From Eledone cirrhosa (Eukaryota): DNA of 64,000 bases. Of the stretch, positions 37,981 through 51,227 are shown piece by piece. The position numbers and the translations under genes are program-made. Position 1 is the first letter of the stretch. The number at the start of each line of letters is the position of its first letter. The stretch lies in contig OZ024744.1 of the NCBI GenBank assembly GCA_964016885.1, positions 106,950,001 through 107,014,000 on the forward strand, given 5' to 3'. The notes beneath the pieces are model-generated. The model made no database searches and was not told the DNA's origin. It worked only from the letters and a program-made list of their open reading frames with translations.

Positions 37981-39175
37981 ATTGGTGGTGTTTCTGGTGG
38001 TGGTGGTGGTGGTGGTGGTGTTGGCAGTGTTGTTGTTGTTGTTGTCGGTGGTGGTATTGGTGTTGATGGTAGTGGTGGTGGTGTTGATGGTAGTGGTGGT
38101 GGTGTTGGTGATGGTGGTGTTGTTGTTGTTGTAGGTGGTGCTGTTGGTGGTGGTGGTGGTGGTGTTGCTGGTGGTGTTGTTGGTGGTGGTATTGGTGGTG
38201 GTTCTGGTGGTGGTGGTGGTATTGGTGGTGGTGTTAGCAGTGTTGTTGTTGTTGTTGGTTGTGGTGTTGGTGTTGATGGTAGTGGTGGTGGTGTTGATGG
38301 TAGTGGTGGTGGTGGTGGTGTTGTTCCTGTTGGTGGTGTTGTTGTTGTTGGTAGTGGTGGTGGGGTTGATGGTAGTGGTGGTGTTGTTGGAGGTGGTGGT
38401 GTTGTTCCTGTTGGTGGTGTTGTTGTTGTTGGTAGTGGTGGTGGTGTTGATGGTAGTGGTGGTGGTGTTGGTGGTGGTGGTGGTGTTGTTGTTGTTGTTG
38501 AAGGTGGTGCTGTTGGTGGTGGTGGTGCTGTTGGTGGTGGTGTTGTTCCTGGTGGTGGTGTTGGTGTTGTTCCTGTTGGTGGTGTTGGTGGTGGTGTTGT
38601 TGTTGTTGGTTGTGGTGGTGGTGTTGATGGTGATGTTGTTGGTGGTGGTGTTGTTGTAGGTGGTGGTGTTGTTGGTGGTGGTGGTGCTGTTGCTGTTGGT
38701 GGTGGTGGTGGTGTTGTTGTTGTTGGTGGTAGTGGTGGTGTTGTTGTTGTTGGTTGTGGTGGTGGTGTTGATGGTGGTGTTGGTGGTGGTGTTGTTGGAG
38801 GTGGTGGTGTTACTGGTGGTGGTGTTGTTGGTGTTGTTGTTGTTGTTGTTGGTTGTGGTGGTGGTGTTGATGGTGGTGTTGGTGGTGGTGTTGTTGGAGG
38901 TGGTGGTGTTGTTGGAGGTGGTGGTGTTGGTGGTGGTGGTGTTGTTGGTGTTGTTGTTGTTGTTGGTTGTGGTGGTGGTGTTGATGGTGGTGTTGGTGGA
39001 GGTGGTGGTGTTGTTGTTGGTGGTGGTTGTAGGTGTTGTTGGTGGTGTTGGTGTTGGTGGTGTTGGTGGTGTTGTTGTTGTTGTAGGTGGTGCTGTTGGT
39101 GGTGGTGTTGCTGGTGGTGTTGTTGTTGTTGGTGGTGGTGGTGTTGGTGTTGGTGTTGGTGGTGTTGGTGGTTAT
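37907..39175. repeat. (GGT/GTT)n cryptic trinucleotide tract
   Basis: Direct inspection. Confidence 0.95.
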
Positions 39176-39561
39176 AATAACTAACTTTATATTTTTTATC
39201 ATCTGGAGTAACCTCTTAGTGTTGGGGCTTTTTTGCTTTTCACTCATAGAAGAAAGCTAATTTAATGCCTTTATTTAATATATAATTGTTTCTACTTTAG
39301 GCACAAGGCCAGCAATTACCCAGTACATTACTGGTACTTTATTTTATCGACCCCGTAAGGATGAAAGGCAAAGTTAATTTAATATATAATGTAGTGTTAG
39401 GTGTCATAGATCAGGTAATATGGGAAATATTCTTTGTTGCTCTTATCATACATATAACTGAATGTAGGGCAAGGGTGCACTTCCTCTCCTTTCCACTTTT
39501 ATATATAGACTAGAATGTTACCCAACATATGACAGGTATTATGACCAATATACCACAATAG

Positions 39562-41408
39562 GTAACAGTAGGTGATGTTACACAGGTAAAATATTTATAA
39601 TTTCATGGAGTCCATATTTATAAACTAAAGTGTTACCTGTTATAAACTAGTATGTTACCTATTGTAATTTTAGGTGTATACTTATGTCACCGTAGCTAAC
39701 AGTAGGTGATGTGACACAGGTAAAATATTTATAATTTCATGGGGTCCATATTTATAAACTAAAGTGTTACCTGTTATAAACTAGTATGTTACCTATTGTA
39801 ATTTTAGGTGTGTACTTATGTCACCGTAGCTAACAGTAGGTGATGTGACACAGGTAAAATATTTATAATTTCATGGGGTCCATATTTATAAACTAGTATG
39901 TTACCTATTGTAATTTTAGGTGTATACTTATGTCACCGTAGCTAACAGTAGGTGATGTGACACAGGTAAAATATTTATAATTTCATGGGGTCCATATTTA
40001 TAAACTAAAGTGTTACCTGTTATAAACTAGTATGTTACCTATTGTAATTTTAGGTGTATACTTATGTCACCGTAGCTAACAGTAGGTGATGTGACACAGG
40101 TAAAATATTTATAATTTCATGGGGTCCATATTTATAAACTAAAGTGTTACCTGTTATAAACTAGTATGTTACCTATTGTAATTTTAGGTGTGTACTTATG
40201 TCACCGTAGCTAACAGTAGGTGATGTGGCACAGGTAAAATATTTATAATTTCATGGGGTCCATATTTATAAACTAAAGTGTTACCTGTTATAAACTAGTA
40301 TGTTACCTATTGTAATTTAAGGTGTATACTTATGTCACCGTAGCTAACAGTAGGTGATGTGACACAGGTAAAATATTTATAATTTCATGGAGTCCATATT
40401 TATAAACTAAAGTGTTACCTGTTATAAACTAGTATGTTACCTATTGTAATTTTAGATGTGTACTTATGTCACCGTAGCTAACAGTAGGTGATGTGACACA
40501 GGTAAAATATTTATAATTTCATGGGGTCCATATTTATAAACTAGTATGTTACCTATTGTAATTTTAGGTGTGTACTTATGTCACCGTAGCTAACAGTAGG
40601 TGATGTGACACAGGTAAAATATTTATAATTTCATGGGGTCCATATTTATAAACTAGTATGTTACCTATTGTAATTTTAGGTGTGTACTTATGTCACCGTA
40701 GCTAACAGTAGGTGATGTGACACAGGTAAAATATTTATAATTTCATGGGGTCCATATTTATAAACTAAAGTGTTACCTGTTATAAACTAGTATGTTACCT
40801 ATTGTAATTTAAGGTGTATACTTATGTCACCGTAGCTAACAGTAGGTGATGTGACACAGGTAAAATATTTATAATTTCATGGAGTCCATATTTATAAACT
40901 AAAGTGTTACCTGTTATAAACTAGTATGTTACCTATTGTAATTTTAGGTGTATACTTATGTCACCGTAGCTAACAGTAGGTGATGTGACACAGGTAAAAT
41001 ATTTATAATTTCATGGAGTCCATATTTATAAACTAAAGTGTTACCTGTTATAAACTAGTATGTTACCTATTGTAATTTTAGGTGTATACTTATGTCACCG
41101 TAGCTAACAGTAGGTGATGTGACACAGGTAAAATATTTATAATTTCATGGAGTCCATATTTATAAACTAAAGTGTTACCTGTTATAAACTAGTATGTTAC
41201 CTATTGTAATTTTAGGTGTATACTTATGTCACCGTAGCTAACAGTAGGTGATGTGACACAGGTAAAATATTTATAATTTCATGGAGTCCATATTTATAAA
41301 CTAAAGTGTTACCTGTTATAAACTAGTATGTTACCTATTGTAATTTTAGGTGTATACTTATGTCACCGTAGCTAACAGTAGGTGATGTGACACAGGTAAA
41401 ATATTTAT
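39562..41408. repeat. 134-bp satellite (112-bp variant lacks a 22-bp subrepeat), about 14 copies
   Basis: aacagtagg at 39698, 39832 (+134) and 39944 (+112). Confidence 0.95.
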
Positions 41409-41800
41409 TGTAGTTTTCTTCTAAATACTATCTTTAACTGTTCTGAGAAGTTTTACTGAACAAATCTCTGACTCTGTTACTGTCTGATCTATAGAATCAA
41501 TAAAGTTGACTGTGATGGTAAAGATTATGATGACGATGATGGTTATAGTGGTGGTGAATGGTGGTGGTGGTGGTGTCGGAGGTAGTGGTGTTGGTGGTGG
41601 TGCTGTTGGAGGTAGTGGTGGTGGTAGTGGTGATAGTGGTGGTGGTGGTAATGGTGGTAGTGGTGGTGATGTTGGTGGTGGTGGTGATGTTGGTGGTAGT
41701 GGTGGTGGTGATGATGATGATGGTGGTGATGGTGGTGGTGTGGGTGGTGGTGGTAGTGATGATGGTAATGATGATAATTAGAATATGTCCGTTAACATAC

Positions 41801-41889
41801 TGCAAGATCATCAAGGTTGAATTCTCCATACTCCCTTCTAGTTCCTTTCCCATTGGTGAGGATTCCACAGCCACTCATCATTATTGTTC
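41801..41889 (-). CDS. NEURL4: NEURL4 exon (NHR2)
   Basis: tttccag|GA...GCA|gtatgt; 89 nt; (G)[29 protein letters not shown]; phase 1 to 0. Confidence 0.95.
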
Positions 41890-42162
41890 CTGGAAAACAT
41901 AACACACACATATAACTTTCAAAACATTTATTACAGTAAAATGCAGTGAATAAGACATTTTAAGGCCCCAAAACTAAGGGTACGTTTATAGGATGGTCTT
42001 GTGATAAACAAGTGTCACAGAGTGTGACATATAATTGGTGGTAGCACTGACTGTTAGTTTATATCACTAATACAAACGGTGGAGGGGAATGATACAAATA
42101 GCTTACTTAGATAATTTGTAAAACATGATTTATATCTATAATATATAGTATATATATATATA

Positions 42163-45100
42163 TTGTAGTTGTTGGTGTTAGAGAGATCTCCCTTCTTTGG
42201 CACTGGGATGATGTTACTGATCCTCCACTGATTCGGGGCAACTCCTTTCTCCAGTGCTTGGTTACAGAACTCCAGGATGATATCATCAAAATCACACCTC
42301 TTCATCATCTCATAGTACATTGAACCTGTCCTCGCCTCTACTGTGTACCTCTCTTGTAGCTTATGATCTACATTGAAAGCTCCCGAGTCATAGATAGCTC
42401 TGCGGGGTTGAGCTTTACTCTTCCTTAAACTCACCCGGACCTCACTCATAACAAGCCGGTGGTCACAGCCCAGTGTACAGAACACTATTCCACCACTTCC
42501 ATCTCACCTGAATGAAATCAACCTGGGACCTGGTTAGGCGCATATCAGAGATGAAGCTCCACATCTTCCCCAGATTCTTCCTAAACCTTACGTTGGTTGC
42601 CACCAGGTTCACCTCCAGCAGTGTGTCCCTCACTAGTCTCCCATTTCAGTTGGTGTTGTTATGGAAGTACCAGCAAGGATCTTCACTGCTCTCCTTAATC
42701 AGATATGTCCCCCAGAACAAGCAGGATGCTGTGAGCTCATGTGGTGTTGACAGCTCTACACACACTCTCCTTAATCAGATATGTCCCCCAGAACAAGCAG
42801 GATGCTGTGAGCTCATGTGGTGTTGATAGCTCTACACACACTCCCCTTAATCAGATATGTCCCCCAGAACAAGCAGGATGCTGTGAGCTCATGTGGTGTT
42901 GACAGCTCTACACACACTCTCCTTAATCAGATATGTCCCCCAGAACAAGCAGGATGCTGTGAGCTCATGTGGTGTTGACAACTCTACACACACTCTCCTT
43001 AATCAGATATGTCCCCCAGAACAAGCAGGATGCTGTGAGCTCATGTGGTGTTGACAGCTCTACACACACTCCCCTTAATCAGATATGTCCCCCAGAACAA
43101 GCAGGATGCTGTAAGCTCATGTGGTGTTGACAGCTCTACACACACTCTCCTTAATCAGATATGTCCCCCAGAACAAGCAGGATGCTGTGAGCTCATGTGG
43201 TGTTGACAGCTCTACACACACTCTCCTTAATCAGATATGTCCCCCAGAACAAGCAGGATGCTGTAAGCTCATGTGGTGTTGACAGCTCTACACACACTCT
43301 CCTTAATCAGATATGTCCCCCAGAACAAGCAGGATGCTGTGAGCTCATGTGGTGTTGACAGCTCTACACACACTCTCCTTAATCAGATATGTCCCCCAGA
43401 ACAAGCAGGATGCTGTGAGTTCATGTGATGTTGACAGCTCTACACACACTCTCCTTAATCAGATATGTCCCCCAGAACAAGCAGGATGCTGTGAGCTCAT
43501 GTGGTGTTGACAGCTCTACACACACTCTCCTTAATCAGATATGTCCCCCAGAACAAGCAGGATGCTGTAAGCTCATGTGGTGTTGACCGCTCTACACACA
43601 CTCTCCTTAATCAGATATGTCCCCTAGAACAAGCAGGATGCTGTGAGCTCATGTGGTGTTGACAGCTCTACACACACTCTCCTTAATCAGATATGTCCCC
43701 CAGAACAAGCAGGATGCTGTGAGTTCATGTGGTGTTGACAGCTCTACACACACTCTCCTTAATCAGATATGTCCCCCAGAACAAGCAGGATGCTGTAAGC
43801 TCATGTGGTGTTGACCGCTCTACACACACTCTCCTTAATCAGATATGTCCCCTAGAACAAGCAGGATGCTGTAAGCTCATGTGGTGTTGACAGCTCTACA
43901 CACACTCTCCTTAATCAGATATGTCCCCCAGAACAAGCAGGATGCTGTGAGCTCATGTGGTGTTGACAGCTCTACACACACTCTCCTTAATCAGATATGT
44001 CCCCCAGAACAAGCAGGATGCTGTAAGCTCATGTGGTGTTGACAGCTCTACACACACTCTCCTTAATCAGATATGTCCCCCAGAACAAGCAGGATGCTGT
44101 GAGCTCATGTGGTGTTGACAGCTCTACACACACTCTCCTTAATCAGATATGTCCCCCAGAACAAGCAGGATGCTGTAAGCTCATGTGGTGTTGACCGCTC
44201 TACACACACTCTCCTTAATCAGATATGTCCCCCAGAACAAGCAGGATGCTGTGAGCTCATGTGGTGTTGACAGCTCTACACACACTCTCCTTAATCAGAT
44301 ATGTCCCCCAGAACAAGCAGGATGCTGTAAGCTCATGTGGTGTTGACAGCTCTACACACACTCCCCTTAATCAGATATGTCCCCCAGAACAAGCAGGATG
44401 CTGTAAGCTCATGTGGTGTTGACCGCTCTACACACACTCTCCTTAATCAGATATGTCCCCTAGAACAAGCAGGATGCTGTAAGCTCATGTGGTGTTGACA
44501 GCTCTACACACACTCTCCTTAATCAGATATGTCCCCCAGAACAAGCAGGATGCTGTGAGCTCATGTGGTGTTGACAGCTCTACACACACTCTCCTTAATC
44601 AGATATGTCCCCCAGAACAAGCAGGATGCTGTAAGCTCATGTGGTGTTGACAGCTCTACACACACTCTCCTTAATCAGATATGTCCCCCAGAACAAGCAG
44701 GATGCTGTGAGCTCATGTGGTGTTGACAGCTCTACACACACTCTCCTTAATCAGATATGTCCCCCAGAACAAGCAGGATGCTGTAAGCTCATGTGGTGTT
44801 GACCGCTCTACACACACTCTCCTTAATCAGATATGTCCTCCAGAACAAGCAGGATGCTGTGAGCTCATGTGGTGTTGATAGCTCTACACACACTCCCCTT
44901 AATCAGATATGTCCCCCAGAACAAGCAGGATGCTGTGAGCTCATGTGGTGTTGACAGCTCTACACACACTCTCCTTAATCAGATATGTCCCCCAGAACAA
45001 GCAGGATGCTGTGAGCTCATGTGGTGTTGACAGCTCTACACACACTCTCCTTAATCAGATATGTCCCCCAGAACAAGCAGGATGCTGTAAGCTCATGTGG

Positions 45101-45575
45101 TGTTGACCGCTCTACACACACTCTCCTTAATCAGATATGTCCCCCAGAACAAGCAGGATGCTGTGAGCTCATGTGGTGTTGACAGCTCTACACACACTCT
45201 CCTTAATCAGATATGTCCCCCAGAACAAGCAGGATGCTGTAAGCTCATGTGGTGTTGACCGCTCTACACACACTCTCCTTAATCAGATATGTCCCCTAGA
45301 ACAAGCAGGATGCTGTGAGCTCATGTGGTGTTGACCGCTCTACACACACTCTCCTTAATCAGATATGTCCCCTAGAACAAGCAGGATGCTGTGAGCTCAT
45401 GTGGTGTTGACAGCTCTACACACATCCTTATCAAATTCCTCTGCACTCTCATCACTATCCCCCTTGGTTGGACTATAGGCTGAGATGACAGCCTTTGGTT
45501 ATCATTGAGGGTCACCCTCAAAACTCGTGGGGAGACAGGTAAGTTGGCTCCTGTACTCAACACAAACGCTACTCT
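42163..45575 (-). mobile_element. Inverted 5' part of an RTE/RTE-X-like LINE (APE endonuclease to RT start), interrupted by a satellite
   Basis: Minus strand: SPRVLRVT..YSPT..AEEFDKDVCRAV..HSILLVLGD..SQVDFI..GCDHRLV..WRISNIIPVPKKGDLSNTNNY. Confidence 0.85.
42691..45425. repeat. 76-bp satellite, about 36 copies
   Basis: Unit ctccttaatcagatatgtcccccagaacaagcaggatgctgtgagctcatgtggtgttgacagctctacacacact. Confidence 0.97.
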
Positions 45576-45584
45576 GCCTATTTC

Positions 45585-47045
45585 TGAGGGATCTCACTGA
45601 CGTTATTTGTGGCACTTTGCCACAACAAGATGATTCTTAACAGGATCCAGCCTGAGATGGAAAAGTTCACAGTGGCTTCAGAGAAGGAAGATCAACCACC
45701 AGTCACATCCTGATGGTGAGGAGAATTCTAGAGGGAGCTAGAGCAAAAAGCTGTCCTGCTGTTATGGTTTTCATTCACTTCAGGAAGGCCTTTGATTCCG
45801 TTGACCAAGACTGCCTGATTAAGATCTTACAGGCTTATGGAATCCCCAAGAAGATGGTGGACCTGATATCACTGCTCTACACCAACACCAAAGCCCAAGC
45901 CATCACATCTGACAGGATGACGGAGTTCTTTGAGATACTGGCTGGAGTGTTCCAGGGAGATACATTGACTCCCTACTTTTTCATCATAACAGTGGACTAT
46001 TGTATGTGCTGTGCACTGGAGAAACACCAGGACTCTGGCTTTACTGCAGCACTGGCTCAGAGTAGGAGAGTTAACCCTTTAGTGTTCAAACCGACCAAAA
46101 CCGGCCAGAGTTCTCTACCTCTTTCTGTTGAAACTGGCTGTAACTGGTCACTCAAACTGATGTTAAGGTATTGTTTTCAAAATAAATACTTTCAAAATCT
46201 CATAGATTCGATATTATGTAAGATAATTATGTGAGGTAAAGCCTTTACCATTAAAATATAATAGTATATATAAAATAATGTGAATGCTAAAGGGTTAAGG
46301 CTAAAAAGATATCAGATGCTGAATTTACTGATGACATATTTCTGGTGACAAACACAGTGAAGGAGGCAGACGAGTTGATGCTGGAGGTGGAGACTTGATG
46401 GGTGTGGGGCTGAGAATGAATGAGATTAAGACAAAGTATCTGGTAAAGAAGATTATGAATATAGGCGGGAAGCTGCTAGAATTGGTTGAGGACTTCCTGT
46501 ATCTGGGAGCAAAGATTGGGAACGCAGAAGAAGAGCAAAGCCTGGGCAGCGTGCCACAGTTTGAGATCAGTGTGGAAGTCAGACCTTCGTAAAGACCTGA
46601 AGATCCATCTCTTCATTGCTACAGTGGAGTCTGTGTTGCTGTACAGGTCTGAGACTTGGACACTGACCAAGAAACTCACCCAGATGGTGGATAGGTGCTA
46701 CACGAGGATGCTGAGGATGGCTCTGAACATTAATCATATATACTGGGTATAAAGAACTGAGAGCTGTACAGGAGCCTCCCAAATGTCAGCTCGAGTGTAG
46801 CATAGAGACTGAGGTTAGCTGGACATGCTCACTGACATTTAGAGTTGACACTGCACTCAGTGCTCCTGTGGAAGCCCCTGCACAGACACACTAGGAGAGG
46901 GAGACCAAGGATGACATATGTTGAGGCCCTAAGGACAGACATAGGTCTGTGGGAGACAGCAATGATGAAGGACAGAAACCACTGGAGAGAACTCATCCAT
47001 AGTGTTCCCTGGCGTGAAGTGTTCCCTGGCATAAAGTGAGTGAGA
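45585..47045 (+). mobile_element. 3' part (RT to C-terminus) of the same LINE
   Basis: RGISLT..NKMILNRI..GFREGRST..FIHFRKAFDSV..GVFQGDTLTPYFF..EFTDD..FLYLG..SETW..RGRP. Confidence 0.88.
46075..46294. mobile_element. piggyBac-like MITE inserted in the LINE RT
   Basis: TTAA TSD and CCCTTTAG/CTAAAGGG TIRs; removing it restores SRRV-KAKKISDAEFTDD. Confidence 0.88.
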
Positions 47046-47049
47046 GTAC

Positions 47050-47256
47050 AAGACTAACCCCTGGACAGGATATCAGTCCATTGCAGGGTTAAAACCCCAG
47101 TTATCGCTGGTACTTATTTTTCAGCTGAGTATACTGGAGCAATGTGAAATGACATGTTTTGCTCAAGAACACAACACACAACCCAGTCCAGGAATAAAAA
47201 CACATGCCATTATGATCCTAAGTCCAACACCTTACCACTAGGCCATGCATCTCCAC
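47050..47256 (-). mobile_element. Diverged tRNA-derived SINE related to family A, different tail
   Basis: Minus strand tggcctagtggtaagg...cttgagcaaaacatgtcatttcacattgctccagtatactcagctg. Confidence 0.7.
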
Positions 47257-47419
47257 CATATACTATACACTAGGTATAATATAGTCAGCAGTTAGAACAG
47301 TCCCTATTATAAACAGCCACAACAGAACCTTATGTATGTTGCAGTCTCAACCAATACGACAACTGTAGCCCTAATAAAGAATTTTGTGCCAAGATTTTAA
47401 AATCAATATATATGTCAAA

Positions 47420-48007
47420 ACACCTCTCCAAGACAATGTCACTGGACCGAGACCTTTGGCGGTACCCAGTAATAGAGAAGACCTGCCTTACCTAAATACA
47501 AAGTAAAACCTACTACAGTCAGTAGGCATCTCTAACAAAATACACCTCCGTCCCACCACCCCCACCCCATCCACACCGCCCCTTTCAATGTAAAGTTATG
47601 TTGGTACCACAACATCCAGTCCGAAACAAATGAGGTTGTGTAGGTGTCACGACAAAAAACACACAGTCCACGCTGTAATGTGGCCGTGTAGGCAACACGG
47701 TAAAAACCTCCCAGCCCCACACTGTAAATGTGGTTGGTGTTAGGAAGGGCATCCAGCTGTAGAAAACCCGCCAGACAGTCCACGCTGTAATGTGGCCGTG
47801 TAGGCAACGCGGTAAAAACCTCCCAGCCCCACACTGTAAATGTGGTTGGTGTTAGAAAGGGCATCCAACTGTAGAAAACCTGCCAGACAGTCCTATGCGA
47901 GCAAGACAACCACTCTTGCCTCAAGTGGGAAAACCCCCGTCCAAACCCATGCAAGCGTGGAACACGGACGTTAAACGTTGATGATGATGATGATGATGAT
48001 GATGATG
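47420..48007 (+). mobile_element. RTE LINE 3' end with two 112-bp modules
   Basis: Near-identical to 4803-5380. Confidence 0.92.
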
Positions 48008-48646
48008 TCAAGTCAACTTACACAATGCAATTTACAATATATATATACAAATACACATGTATTGTGAAGGCACGTGGCTGAATGGTAAGAGAAATGGATT
48101 CGCAATCATAAGGTTGTGAGTTCAATTCCTGGACGAGGCGATGCGTTATGTCCTTGAGCAAGACACTTTATTTCACGTTGCTCCTTCTACCTGGAGTTGC
48201 GACTGATAGATAGTACTAGCAATTGGAAAGACCAACGGAAACATTGTTTCCTCGGTCCGATTTGACGAAAGTCGATTGACTGTCGACTCATGTATCAGTG
48301 CTGTAAACAAGCAGTCAGTACTCCCACCAACTATACATAGCCCCCTATGACACTTTTATGTGTGCATTTATGTGTAGGGGATATTTATGAATTTAAAAAG
48401 TTCAAATAATAAAACCCTGTGGGAATATTCTCACGGTGATACATAAAAAACTCTTGACAATATAATAAATGTAGAAAAACAGCTTCATTGTAGAATAATC
48501 ACTCCAGATATTTTAACACTTTATTTATGTAGAATATTGACCATGAATATAAGACACCCCCCATTTTACCATCATTTTTTGTTGGGGGGGGGGGGGGGGG
48601 GGCACATTCCTCAACTTATATTCAAGTATATGCAGTAATTGATCTA

Positions 48647-48754
48647 TATTTCCTGATGAGCTGAGAAGAGATGTTTTGTGCCATATAAATAACTGATTAA
48701 TTAATTCATTTGACTGGTACTACATCTCTCCTAATTGAAACAATTGTAGGAATA
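48647..48754 (+). ncRNA. Type I hammerhead-like motif with extended stem II
   Basis: Stem I tatttc/ggaata; CTGATGA at 48653-48659; stem II agagatgt/acatctct; GAAAC-aatt-GTA at 48737-48748 with palindromic CAATTG. Confidence 0.65.
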
Positions 48755-49014
48755 AATTAATTGAGTAACAACCTTGCTATTCCTTCTGAACTGATTATTT
48801 ATACTCTGTGACTTTCATCGTCTTCATCTACCACTACCATGACCTTTGGGATTACACATGGGATTTTGATTCCTGCATTTTTTTTACCTGAATAACGCAT
48901 TGAGCTTAATACACCTTAAAATATTAGTGGACTTCTCCACTTTCAATTATACACTCTCTTTCTCCCCCCCCCCCCCTCTCTGTGCATGTCAACTTCAAAA
49001 ATGCCAGACAACCA

Positions 49015-50165
49015 CTTAATCACCTCTAGATCAGGTGAGCACAACAACCAAATAGATTTCGTCCTTGTTACAAGGTGAGACGCAGTGATGGTTGTAAACA
49101 CAAAGTCCCTTCCTGGTGAGGAATACACGTCCTAACATAACCTGGTAGTTAGTAATTTTATAATTAGGTCTAGATGATCGAGGGCAACCTTGAAGAGAAG
49201 GATATGGAAGTTGAAAGAGCCCTCAGCCTATAACAAATGTAGGAATATCATGCTTGTCACTTTTGACAATAAATAAGAAGAAATAGCAACATACAATATA
49301 GAGAAGCAGTGGAAGTTTCTAATGAAGGCAACAAATGAGGTATGTGGTTGGAACAGTGGTCCATAGAGTAGATGGAATAGTAGGGTGGATGAAACAATTA
49401 AGGTTAAGAGACAGGCATGGAAAGAATGGAAGAATGGGGGAAGCAGAGAGCACTACCTGGAAACCAGGAGAGAAGCTGAGTGACAAGTGCACTTTGCAGT
49501 CCGTAATATGGTAGGTGCTTAAAAAACAAGGAGTAGATGAATGGCTTTTGAAGGCTGTACAAGCCATGTACAGAGGAGCAGTCAGCAAGGTTAGAATTAA
49601 CAATGACTATAGTGAAGAATTTAGTGTGAAAATGGGGGGGGGGGGGGGGGTCAACAGGGCTCTGTTCTTAGCTCTCTTCTGTTTATTATTGTCCTCCAGG
49701 CTATAACAGAAGAGTTTAAAACGGGCTGCCCATGGGACTTCCTATGACAGAACTAAAGAAGAAATTCCTGACCAGGATGCATAGCTTGGAAAGAAAAGGT
49801 CTTTAAGTCAACTTAGCAAAGACTAAAGTCCTAGTAAGTAGTAAGGAAAACAAGGCTTTGATCTCTTCAGGGAAATTGCCTTGCTCAGTGTGTACGAAAG
49901 GAGTGGGTAGAAATTCCATTCAATGTCCCAAATGCAAACTATGGGTACACAAGAGATGTAGTGCGATCTTAGGCAGGCTATCAAATAACATATGTTTTAA
50001 ATGTAGTTGATGCACAGAAGCAGGAAGTTCTCAAAGGAAATAAGCTCTTCTGTTATCTGGTTGACCAAATTAACAGAGGCCGATGGTTTTCCAAAAGTAC
50101 AGTATCCAGAGAGAGAATGGGATAGAAAAAGTTCAGGGAGGAACTACTAACAATAGGGTGACCCT
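49015..50165 (+). mobile_element. Highly degenerate, internally deleted RTE LINE (EN, RT and PHD remnants)
   Basis: NQIDFVLV; LKKQGVDEWLLKAVQAMY..VRINNDYSEEF; CSVCTKGVGRNSIQCPKCKLWVHKRC; KKFRE. Confidence 0.85.
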
Positions 50166-51043
50166 TGATAGAGATAGAAATATTTGGGGTAACAACCATT
50201 ACACACAACCACACTAACAATAGGGTGACCCTTGATAGAGATATGGAAATTGGGGTAACAACCAGTACACACAAGCACACTAACAACAGGGTGACCCTTG
50301 ATAGAGATAGGAATATTTGGGGTAACAACCATTACACACAGGCACACTAACAATAGGGTGACCCTTGATAGAGATAGGAATATTTGGGGTAACAACCAGT
50401 ACACACAAGCACACTAACAATAGGGTGACCCTTGATAGAGATAGGAATATTTGGGGTAACAACCAGTACACACAAGCACACTAACAATAGGGTGACCCTT
50501 GATAGAGATATGGAATATTTGGGGTAACAACCAGTACACACAAGCACACTAACAATAGGGTGACCCTTGATAGAGATATGAAGATTGGGATAACAATCAT
50601 TACAGACCCTTGATAGAGATAGGAATATTTGGGGTAACAACCAGTACACACAAGCACATCAACTATAGGGTGACCCTTGATAGAGATAGGAATATTTGGG
50701 GTAACAACCAGTACACACAGGCACACTAACAATAGGGTGACCCTTGATAGAGATATGGAATATTTGGGGTAACAACCAGTACACACAAGCACACTAACAA
50801 TAGGGTGACCCTTGATAGAGATATGGAATATTTGGGGTAACAACCAGTACACACAAGCACACTAACAATAGGGTGACCCTTGATAGAGATATGAAGATTG
50901 GGGTAACAATCATTACAGACCCTTGATAGAGATAGGAATATTTGGGGTAACAACCAGTACACACAAGCACACTAACAATAGGGTGACCCTGGATAGAGAT
51001 AAGAATATTTGGGATAACATCCAGTACATACAACCGCACTAAC
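50146..51043. repeat. 67-bp minisatellite, about 13 copies
   Basis: Unit actaacaatagggtgacccttgatagagataggaatatttggggtaacaaccagtacacacaagcac. Confidence 0.95.
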
Positions 51044-51227
51044 AAAAATCAAATGTTGTAAGATGACAAAAAGAACATTAAATAAATAAATAAAAACCTA
51101 CAAATACACATCCAGTAAGTCAACAAAAATGTGTAATTTTTTTTAAATCGAAGGTTTTTGAAATGATTAGGATGTGATAAATCTATAGCAAAAGTGTTAA
51201 GACAAGATATAATAGAAAGCTACTCAC

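Noticed and set aside
37730-39247. Poly-Val/Leu and His/Gln ORFs
   Set aside because: GGT/GTT microsatellite artefacts.
48200-48320. Additional hammerhead (CTGATAG...AAAC..GTC); similar weak cases near 25560-25640 and 34790-34830
   Set aside because: Cores and stems are too degenerate to support individually.
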